A stretch of DNA of 64,000 nt, from assembly GCA_001179505.1 (NCBI GenBank), contig CDMY01000295.1, positions 248,001 to 312,000 of the forward strand, in the 5' to 3' direction. The position numbers and the translations under genes are program-made. The notes beneath the pieces were generated by a model. That model was not told the origin of the DNA. It saw only the letters and a program-made list of their open reading frames with translations, and did not search any database. The DNA is from Vitrella brassicaformis CCMP3155 (taxonomy: Eukaryota; Protista; Chromerida). Positions 24,258 through 34,722 of this stretch are shown piece after piece. Positions within the stretch are counted from its first letter, which is position 1, and every line of letters begins with the position of its first letter.

Positions 24258-24919
24258 GTGATGGTTGTGTTGGCTGAAGCGAGGAGGAGTTTGTCTCGGC
24301 TTTGTGCGGTGTGAGAGATGAAGGATCATGATCATGGGCCATTTGAATGGTCGTGACGCGCCCGGGTATGGGTCATTCATAAAACTGCTGTGTCTCGTAC
24401 ACAGGCGTCAAGAGAGGGACTGAAACTGTCTCCTGAAAGAGCGATGCGATGACAGCCCACACATCCACGCTACACTTGAGCTGAGGTAGCTCTGCTCTGC
24501 GTTGATTGACCTAGCTTGCAATCAGGATTGCGTGCGATGCATCCTCCTTCCCTCTTCTGACTTTGGTGCTCGGGTTGGTTCCTACGGACAGATGTCTACC
24601 AATCTGCGTGTGTGTGTACGTCGTGTGAGGCTGAATTGGCGCCATGGCCAGTTGGAAGCATGCAACAGACAGACGAGCACAATGGTGTGTGTGTATTAAG
24701 TTAAGATGCCCATCGAACGGAAAGACTCAATCGAGCCGTTAGCCTTCCAGTTGTCGCAGACAGAACTAACTACTGTACACACAAACGATGCACGTCATGT
24801 CATGAGATCCCTCGTCAGCCAGCTTGGCCGCACAAACAAATAAATGACTGTAATCAAATGACGGTTCACGACCTAAGTTCACTTCACGCAAACGCAATAG
24901 CGCAGCTCTCTGTGCCTCT

Positions 24920-25613
24920 CTATGCCTCAGCCAGTGCCACTTGAGGGACTGGAGGAGGGAGGGTCCTGGTGTCTGCCCTCTCGCCGTAGTACTCGCATCT
25001 GTTGAGCACCGCTACCAGTTTCTGTGTCAGCGGGAGCGGGCTCCCTGGGCGTGGGGGTCGCTGATGGTCACACACACACACACACGTGCACAGGCGTGTG
25101 TCAATGTACATGTCAGCAGCTTGGAGGAGTGTAGGTACCGTACTCTGACACTCGAGTCTGATGAGCTCTTCCACCGTTCGCCACACGAGTTTTCTCACGA
25201 CGAGCGGATCATCCTCCGTCTTGCCCCTGAAGACACACACAAGACCCGACACACACACACACACACACACGCACACAGACTGTTCTTGTGTCCGCGCGAA
25301 CCTTCCAACGGTCTGTCTTTCCTTACTTGTTGCCCAAGACGGCCTCGATAGGCAAGTCGTCACTAGCACTCTCATACCCAACGAGCTCCACATCAGATGG
25401 GATGAGGGTACCCGACAGGAAGCTCTTGACGTCACCAACAGTGTCGAAGGGCCTCTTTTGCAGCCATTCCGCTATAGCGGTACAGAGGACGACATCGCTG
25501 TCTTCGTATCTGTACCAGCGAAAGTGTTCCGGACGAACATTAACCGCCCTCAAATGTCGAAGAAGGAACGACTCGTGCTGCCATCTCTCCCTCGCGGAAA
25601 GGCGATCTCCCAT
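24920..25613 (-). CDS. Small hypothetical protein (at least three exons; 5' end uncertain)
   Basis: ORF 25323..25613 (MGDRLSARERWQHESFLLRHL...AVLGNK) ends at a gtaag donor. The intron has a typical GT-repeat acceptor leading to GKTEDDPLVVRKLVWRTVEELIRLE, and a final exon ends VALAEA* at 24920. Confidence 0.45.
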
Positions 25614-27267
25614 ATATTCAGTGTGGGAGAGATCTGCTTTCAGCTTAGGGCGATCATTGCGTTACACGTCGACGCGACGCACGATTCTTATCGCTGTACG
25701 ACTCTTCATTCGTTGACCATCGGGTCCATACACACGGTTCCATACACACATGAGACACACACACAACACACACACACCCCGACCGCTGCAAGGCCCCAAT
25801 CAACGCATGAGCCTTGGCGATTCATTCTTGGTGCACCAAGACACACCACACCACGACCGACAGACGCTGAGCGCTGCCGCTCCCGGACTGCCTGACGCAC
25901 GAGCAGGTGTCAGTCAACACATACAGCGCACACACGCATACACACACACGGCCAGCGTAGTAGTAGTATTATAATACAGACTGATGACGACCGATGGGAT
26001 CATGTCATCTCGTTTACAGTGTCTATGCTCTCTCTTATCCAGCCAACCACACCCACAGCCACAACCACAGAGAGGGTCAAAAATTGGCCCACACACAGCA
26101 TCACACAACACGCAACACACAACACGATCGATGTCCTGTCCACATGAACGAACGATTCAGTGAGTCCATCCATGACGTGACGAAAAAGCGGGCGAGCAGC
26201 AAGTGTGTGTGCGTGCTGACGTGACACGACGGACGAAGAAATATGAGCAGCGAGTAGTAGTAGGTAGGTTGATGCGGCAAAAAGAGGAGCGCCGAGACAT
26301 CCACACACACCACACGCACGGCATGCACGCGAACATATACCCCGCTCCCTGACTAACCCCCCTTCCCTCCCACAGGTACCTGCCCAAGAAATTTGTGGAT
26401 CAGATCCGTCCCTTTTTCGCCCCTGCGCCCTCTGTGTTTGGAGAGGCGGCTGTGCGTCTGTCTGTCTAGACGAGACCACGGCAACACGGCGGGCAAGGGA
26501 CACCGAACACAAAAACCCCAGCGGTGAGACAGGAAGACACGCAGAGTGTCACGACGGATGGCGGCAGGATGACACAAATGAGAGCCGAGACAGAAAGAGA
26601 GAGAAGGAGAGGAAAGCAGAAGAAGGCGAATTCGGGAGGGAGTAGGTGTGCGTGTGGGTGAGTGGATGAGGGTGCTACATGCAGTGGATGGCATGGGATC
26701 CGTGGCGTGCAGTGAGTCAAATCAAAAGGACGGACGTGTCCAGACGAAAGATGCATGAATGAGCATTATGGATGGTCACACAGACAAACAAACGGGAGCG
26801 ACATTTGCACTCACCACTGGCTGCCTGACCGGCTGACCGACCGACCGTCCCGCCGCGCCCCCGCCATTGCCCTCACAACAGAGTGCGTGTCACTCTGCCT
26901 CCGAGCATGGCGAAGGGCTGCGTATGGCCGGCCGGCCAGCCATGCAGCCAGTGCTTATCGACAGGGTGCTATCGACACAGATCGAGAGGGGTGTGCCACC
27001 AAGACACTTACAGGCGAGCGACAGAGTAGACAGGCGGCAAAGATGAACAGAGAGAGAGAGCGAGAGAGAGCGCGAAAGAGAGAGAGCGTAACGACTGTGT
27101 GCACGGAGCCAACACAACACAACACAACACAAGACAGCACGACGACATGAGACGAGACGACACGAGACAACGGACAGCAAACAACCACATGGATGAACCA
27201 AACACCAGTCCACCAAAAAACTCCCCCCATCACCCACACACACACACACCACCCCTCCCTCCCTCCC

Positions 27268-29154
27268 TCAGGCAAACCTCCTTCTCGGCTGCAGGTGCAG
27301 CGACCGCCCAGCCAGCTCCTGCAGAATCAGCAGCGTCTCCTTCCCGCTCGACCCCAGCAAGTCGCTGTTCTCCTCGGCGCGCCGCAGGAGGTACGGCAGC
27401 ACCTCCTTGATGGGCCCGTAGGGCACGTACTTGTATGCGGCGAAGCCCGAGGCGCCCAGCTTGAAAGTGATGTGGTCACACATGCCCAGCAGCTGTGCGA
27501 AGGCCACACGAGGGGAGGTGGGGGAGAGGCCGCGGAGGTGCAGGCCTGCCACGGCCTTCTTGATCGACTGCTCGTTGTGCGTGCCTGCAGGTGAAGAGAA
27601 GAACAAACGGCGCGACAGACAGTGCTTTTGTCGGGATCTTCTGCCTGTCCTGTGTGCATTTCCGTCACGCACCGAGGACGACTTCGATGCGATGCAGGCT
27701 GTCGAGGATGTGGGCGACACACCCGTCATAAGAGGCGTGTGTGTCCTCGAGTGAGCGACAGATGGGGTCCTCGTAGCCCTTCTCCGCGGCAAGCCGCCGC
27801 TCCTGGTACATGTAGGCGCCCCGCACCAGCTTCACACCCAGGTGGAAGCCCTCTGCGTGCGCCTGAGCTATCCCCAGCAGAAGACGCTCCTCGCATTTCC
27901 TGACCGAACGACAGAAAGATCGATCGATGCAGCGTGGTGGGGTGGGTGGATCCTGTTGGCTCCTTAAGTACTTGAGGTATCCCTGGTAGGTGTTGTAGAC
28001 GACCGCCCTCTCCTTGTTGTGGGTGCGCATGGCCTGGAGGGTCACGTACTCGATCGCCGGCTGCATGTACGTCTGCTCCGCGTCGATCAGCACGCTCACG
28101 CTGCCCAGCGCCTCGCACTCGGCCGCCACACGGCCCACACGCTCAACCACCTTCGCCCACTCCTCCCTCTCGGCCTCGCTCAACCCGGCCCCGCCATAGT
28201 GCTCACCACAAGGCCCGAACTCGCCCATGAACTGCGCGTAGCCGAGCCGACCGTCCTTGGCGACCTTGTCAAAGGCCTCGCCCCACTCGCCCGCACCCCA
28301 CACCTCTGCCGCTTTCTTGGCGAACGTCACGCGGTCAAGAGAGGCGGTGTTTCTGTCTTCCCCAGTGCTGACGCCGATGAAGGCGTCGAAGGCGGCCTCC
28401 ATGTCCCTGACGACGTCGCTCACCTTGACGAGTAGCTGAGGGGTGGCGAGAGAGGTGAGCTTGACCGCGGCGTATCCCTTGGCTGTCTGTGCCTGGGATG
28501 CGCGCAGAGCGTCGATGGTGTGGTGGCAGTTGATGTCGAGCTCGGCGTTGATGTCGCTTGGCGACACCGTGGACGAGGGCGAGTGGAGGTCCTTCTCAGC
28601 AGCATAGTCCAGGATCGACCCCACACCTGCACCCACACACCGAACACACGATGGCGTGTGCCGTGGTGCCATTGCCTTCTCCGTCTCAGGCTCAACTCCA
28701 CTCACTCACCGTGCGATGACAGCGCCGCCATGGTGTTGTGGAGGTCGCTGAGCTGCTCGCCTCCGCAGAACTGCTTGAAGAACGTTTGCTTGAGCGCCCA
28801 GTCGGTCAGCTGGTCCCCCGCCACTTTCCTGGTGCACCCTATCAGCTTGCTGGCGTTCTGCACCAGCGGCTTCACCTTGCACAAGTTGAATATCGTTGCG
28901 CTGCGGGCCAGCTCCAAGGACGACTTGTGCTTGAACGACGTGCTCGTGTCACAGAAGTCGATGTCACCATGGTGGTGAGGGGCGGAGTGCCCTGAGTCGC
29001 CGGCAGGAAACGGGTGCGGAGCCGAGGGCGAGGGGGAAGCGGTGAAGGTGCTCTGGTGGGAGCGTGGGAGGGCAACGGTGGCGGTGCTGGTGGCTGGTGG
29101 GCATGCCAGGCGGGTGAAGGGTGTCAGTGCTGCTGGGAGGCGTCGCTGAAGCAT
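27268..29154 (-). CDS. PRODH: Mitochondrial proline dehydrogenase (proline oxidase)
   Basis: Motifs SILDYAAE, AVKLTSL, VLIDAEQTYMQPAI, VYNTYQGYLK, GVKLVRGAYM, GTHNEQS, FAQLLGM and YKYVPYGPIKEVLPYLLRRAEEN. Arg/Ser/Thr-rich presequence MLQRRLPAALTPFTRL. Confidence 0.95.
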
Positions 29155-29395
29155 CTGCTTGGCCGCAAACACGACTGGCGAACACAGGCTGAAACAGGCG
29201 GACGAAGACACCGCTCCTCAACGACGATCAAATGCCTACTCAACGCGCAGAGTCCTGTGGCTGTCCGCCTGCCCAGCCGATGTCCTTCACGTGCCCTTCT
29301 CTCTTCGACCCTCCAGCAAGCTCGCACCAGTTTGCGAGCTTAGCCGCACAGCCGCTGAAGGCAGAGCTCAATCGGCAGAGCTCATCCAGTCAGAG

Positions 29396-30688
29396 ATGGG
29401 TCAGACTTCCGGGGAGAAGAGTGGACGGTGTCTGCTGTACTGTTTGCGGCATGGGGAGACCAACTGGAACAGAGAGGGGCGCATACAGGTATGGATCAAA
29501 ATATGCACCGCAGATGCCCAATCGGGCACTCTGAGCCTTTTGCGTGTCTGTGCAGGGTCAGCTGGATCAGCCGCTGAATGACACAGGCCGTCAGCAAGTG
29601 CGCATGAGTGCCCAGCAGCTCAAGTACGAGTCAACTGGACGCCACGGAAAGCTTTAAATTCGCACGAGTGTGTGGTCTGCTGGCTTGTGTGCAGGAAGGA
29701 GTACGACCCTTTGCCCTTCGATGTCTGCTACACAAGCCCGCTCCTGCGGTGCAGCGAATCGGCTGAGATGTGAGTCGTTGCCACGCGGGAACAATCGAGG
29801 CCTGCCTGCTGTGATGCCACGTCTTGTCTGGCGTTTCGCTTGTGTGCAGTTTGGTAGAGGGGCTGGGTATGCCCGCGTCGGCCATCCGGAGAGATGACGC
29901 ACTCAAGGAATGGAACGCCGGGAAGATGCAAGGTGGCCCAGACGGTCAATGAGTGTGGCGCATGTCATGTTAGTCAGTGTTCATGTCTTGGTTCGTTGGT
30001 GCAGGTCACCTGTTGTCCGAGCTGGCCAACCTGTTCCCGGCCGAGTGGCACGCCTGGCGCATACACCGCGATCCCGACCATGAAATGGCGGGCGGAGAAT
30101 CGTTCAGACAGAGGTAGGCAGATACACCCACAGGCAGGCAGGCAGACAGGCAGACAGGGAGGGAGGGAGGGAGGGAGAGATTCACGATGGAGGATTGACG
30201 AAGGGGTGGGTTGGCTGCCTTGTGCTGGTGCAGGTACGTTCGTGTGGTGGGCGCGGTCGAGCGCATCGCTGCGGCACACCCTGACGAAGATATCCTCATC
30301 ATGACACACGGGGGAGTCCTCGATGACCTCTTCCGCAAAGCCACGTACACCTCACACACCGCACGGCCTCCTCGACACACACACACATTCTCTCTTTCCT
30401 CTCCTCCCTCTCTCGCTGATCAGCAACATGGGTATGTTCGCGCCGAGCAACTGCCCCAAGATCAACGCTGCGGTGCACCTGATCCAGCTGACGCCCTCCG
30501 GCCGGCCAGAGGACCCCTTCGAGTGGACCATCCTCAAGTGGGGCAACGTCGACCTCGACAAGCTGCCCAAGCCCGCGATGGCCGGCACCGAGCACCACCT
30601 GCCGTCGTTCGTCGCGCGTGAGGGGGCGCAGACGGTCACGGTGACGGAGGGAGGGGGCGCGGGCGTCCAGGGCATCGAGTACGCCTGA
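29396..30688 (+). CDS. Histidine phosphatase superfamily branch 1 (phosphoglycerate mutase/GpmB-like) protein
   Basis: Spliced protein has RHGETNWNREGRIQGQLDQPLN, YTSPLLRC, LKEWNAG, GGESF and ILIMTHGGVL, the complete RHG/R/E/HG catalytic set. Confidence 0.9.
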
Positions 30689-31524
30689 AGTGATTGATGG
30701 TGGAGGTCACTTTTGTCTCGATCTGGATCTGGATTCGTCAGACTGTGGATAGGTAGCTAATGAGGCTGGCTGGGCGGGCGGGTGTAGCGCTTGTGTGTGT
30801 GTAGTTGGGGTTGGTGGGCGGGGCGGAAAGGGAAGGGGGAGTCACGACAGACACTTTTGTCGTAGAACAGGGCGGGAGGGATGGGAGGCGGGGAGGGGAG
30901 GGAAGGGAAGGGGCAGTTTTGGTCGATCCACGTACAAACATACAATCAATACACACATACAGTGTGGGGTGGGATTGGTGTGCTTGTGTGTGTGTGTGTG
31001 TGCTTACGTACATGTGTGTGGGTGGTGTGGTGGGCGGGGGGGGCAGGAGGTGGCGCCCTTTTCGTCCCATTAATCGTTTTCTCAGCGCAGTTTCCTTCCT
31101 TCTTCCACCGCACCGTCACTGCATCACGTCCATTGCGCGTCTTCGCGACACACTCGGTCGGTCGGTTGTGTTGGAAAACGTTCGGATGGATGGATGGTAT
31201 TGAAATGGAAAATGTCTCCAACCGTCCCGTCCGTCGTACACACTCACATCCTCAATCCATCGCTATACATGAGAGAGGGAGGGAGGGAGGGAGGGAAGTG
31301 CAGTATGCTCAACTGCTCAGCTGACAGACAAACGTGAAACGCATTCATCGCATGCTCAGCTGGCTTGGACGACGGAATGAATGACCTATGTACACCTAAT
31401 TCCACCAATTAAAGCCACCAGACGTCAGTTACACCCGCCTGGCCTGTGTGTCTCTCTCTGCCTTCCTCTTTCAATCCATGGCAGGGACACACAGACACAT
31501 GAGCTATACGCCGACATCCATCCA

Positions 31525-31814
31525 TCAGTCGTGTATGCCGTGGTGGTATCCGTAGTGTGTGATGTCCCGCTGTATCCGCTCCGCCTCGGCCGTCCGCTGA
31601 CGCATGTCCTCATCGTCCTGTGTGCCACACCACACCACACCACATCACACCACTCGCAAACCTGGATGTCTCTGAGTCTGTGTCTGTTTGTGTGTCTGTG
31701 TGTCTGACCATGTCGAGAAGCTTGATCTGTTGCCTGAGCACCTCTGCATAGTCAGTGATGTTCAGCTGCGTGAAGGCATACTGCACCTTCTCGCTGTAGA
31801 GAGACAGCCACAGA

Positions 31815-31849
<35 letters not shown>

Positions 31850-33590
31850 CGCACAGTGAGTGTGTGAATCCCTTCTCACTGACCTCTCTGACACCCTCAC
31901 CGTGTGGGGTCGTGCAGGCGCTCGAGCATGTCTTGTCGAATGCCGAAGTTGATGGGCTCCCAGGTCCACTCGTGCAGGAAGTCGTCCGGCTGCAGTCAGT
32001 GCATACCATACGGCAAACGGCCACAAACACACACACGCAGAGCAGACAGACATCGACATGACATCCTTCGTCCGGCAAGGCAATGACATCACTGACCACT
32101 TCGTATTTGTGGATCCGGGTCATATTTTGGTTCATACACGCCGCCAGCTCCTCGACCATCAGGTCCTCATCCCACTTGGGGTACCCACCTGCACAATGCA
32201 CACACACACACACACACTGCTCCATGGCAAGGAGGGAGGCCAACCACAAACCACACAAGACCTTACCGACGAAAGCAGGCCCTCCGTAGAACTCGTGCAG
32301 CCGCTTGTCCTCCATCTCGGGAGGGTGATGCTGCAGATTCCACGGCAGGTAGGTCTGCACAGCACACACCGAACGAACGGTCAAACGCAGCGCAGAGGGA
32401 GAGAACCTGGCTGGGCTGAGTGACATTGTTTCCTTCTACCAGACCAGCGCTTGTCGTACCTGAAGTGTGTTGCCCCTGACGTGCAGGATGAGCAGGTTCT
32501 GTGTCTTGGTGTGCCAAGGGCCGACTGCATAGATCTGCCGTCAGCCGACCGACATATATCAAATCACCATCAGACCACACACACGTCATGCCCACGCCTC
32601 ACCCCACGCCTTACTGACCTCGAGCAGCGGCAGGTTGGTCTCGACCGTCACGTTGACGATCTGCAGCTGCTCAGGGCCCCATTTCTCACGCACCTGCACA
32701 ACAGACACACAACAACCATACCCACAGCGCTGTGTTCGTTTCCAGACGAAGCTACCGACCTTTCTGACGAACGAGTTGACCATGTTGGTGTCGTTCTTCA
32801 TGCCCTCGCAGAAGTTGCCCTGCATGGGCCGCACGATCCACAGCATCGGCAGCATCTTGGGCGGCGCCTCGATCCACAACTCCTCCTCGGTCATCTCGCG
32901 CATACGCCGAACCCTGACACACACACACACACACATATACACACAGCGATGGATACTGCCTGCCATTGCTGTGTGGGGTGGCTAGTAATCACTTGAAGCT
33001 GAGTTCTTCTGTCTTGGTGAGTCTCCTCCTGAGGCTGACGGGTTCCTTGCCCTCCTTGACCAGCACCGAGTTAACGTACTGCTCCCACTCCTGACGCTCC
33101 TCCTCAAGCAGAAACTCCCAACCTGACAGCCAACCACCAATAGCAACACACACAACACAGAGAGAGAAGCATCCACATCACGTGCTCGCTCCTTCCTCCT
33201 TCACTCACTTGGCCACGATTCATTGAGTGGCGGCTGCCTGTCGATGCGCTCCCACGTCCCGTCAGGCGCCATCCGACCAAGGTCGCGAAACACACCTGAC
33301 ACCCCCAACACGATTTCGTCGGCAGCCTTCTTCGCACACAGCACCGACAGCGGCGGCTCTCCTGATGCTGCTGCTGAGGCAGGTGCGGGAGAGAGTGGCT
33401 TGCGTGGTGGGAAAAGGAGCCGATCTCTGAGTGCAGAGTGGCGGTGCAGCGGGCGGGGAGGGGCGAGGTATGCTGGTGGAGGGTGAGAGGGCTGGCGAGA
33501 GGGTTGGTGGCGTCTTCGCAGCCGGCCGCCCAGCTCAACGGCCGTGCAGACGAGGACAACAGACGCGAGAGAGCAGAAGATCAGCCACAT
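31525..33590 (-). CDS. Hypothetical protein with signal peptide plus basic transit-like leader (candidate plastid-targeted), about 10 exons
   Basis: MWLIFCSLASVVLVCTA followed by an Arg/Pro/Ser-rich stretch (GGRLRRRHQPSRQPSHPPPAYLAPPRPLHRH). Exons splice through EEERQEWEQYVNSVL, MREMTEEELWIEAPPKMLPMLW, REKWGPEQLQIVNV and LQPDDFLHEWTWEPINFG to GYHHGIHD*. Confidence 0.6.
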
Positions 33591-33711
33591 TGATGAATGC
33601 ATCTTCACAGATCTGGCCTCACATCCCTTCCGCGGTGACCGGTGCGCTTCGGTCCGTTGGTTTCTTTGCGAGCTCAGATGGCAAAGATCTGCGACTTGAC
33701 AGCAGCCGTCG

Positions 33712-34354
33712 ATGAGGTGCGCCCTTCAACGTCATCGCCTTCGAGTGCCGCTTGTCCCTTCTCCACCCCAGATCTTCTCCGGGCCCTTACCATTCTATGC
33801 GAGGCGAGGCGGCCACCTGCTTGACTCATCGCCAGGAGGCCTCCAATGCCGTGCGCAGTCGGGCAATGCAAGCAATGCGAGCAGTGCGGTGCCATCAGGG
33901 CCTCTGGAGCTGCAGACGGTGCGGAACATCGGGATCTCTGCGCATATCGACTCGGGCAAGACCACGCTGACGGAGCGCATTCTGTTCTACACAGGTGGGC
34001 ACAGGTGGGTGTGTCGGTAGATCGGTGAGCAAGATGCATTCATTGATGTGATTTGGCTTGGCTTGGGGTGCACTGCACTGCCCTGCAGGTCGTATTGATG
34101 AGATCCATGAGGTGGGCAAGAGGGACGGGGAGGGGGCCAAGATGGACTCCATGGAGCTGGAGAGGGAGAAAGGTACAAACACATCCATCCATCCATCCAT
34201 CCATCCATCCATGTCTGTGTGTATGTGTGTGTGTATGTGTGTATGTGTGTCTGTGGTGTGCAGGGATCACCATCCAGAGTGCGGCGACCTACTGCAACTG
34301 GAACGTCGATGACAAAACGCACCACATCAACATCATCGACACACCGGGTCGGTC

Positions 34355-34385
<31 letters not shown>

Positions 34386-34691
34386 ACNNNNNNNNNNNNN
34401 NNNNNNNNNNNNNNNNNNNNNNNNNNNNNNNNNNNNNNNNNNNNNNNNNNNNNNNNNNNNNNNNNNNNNNNNNNNNNNNNNNNNNNNNNNNNNNNNNNNN
34501 NNNNNNNNNNNNNNNNNNNNNNNNNNNNNNNNNNNNNNNNNNNNNNNNNNNNNNNNNNNNNNNNNNNNNNNNNNNNNNNNNNNNNNNNNNNNNNNNNNNN
34601 NNNNNNNNNNNNNNNNNNNNNNNNNNNNNNNNNNNNNNNNNNNNNNNNNNNNNNNNNNNNNNNNNNNNNNNNNNNNNNNNNNNNNNNCCCC

Positions 34692-34722
<31 letters not shown>

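Noticed and set aside
25900-27250. Extra exons or a separate gene between the small hypothetical gene and PRODH
   Set aside because: Several GT/AG-bounded segments exist, but I could not build a consistent reading frame; they are probably UTRs with introns.
33678-33771. Alternative EF-G start [13 protein letters not shown] with a 55-nt intron
   Set aside because: ATG 33712 gives an uninterrupted, acid-free, Arg-rich mitochondrial presequence in the EF-G frame, which is more parsimonious.
34356-34708. Long poly-C/poly-G tracts as G-quadruplex elements (also 59529-59558)
   Set aside because: They abut placeholder gaps, so their length and context are unreliable; most likely the cause of sequencing dropout.
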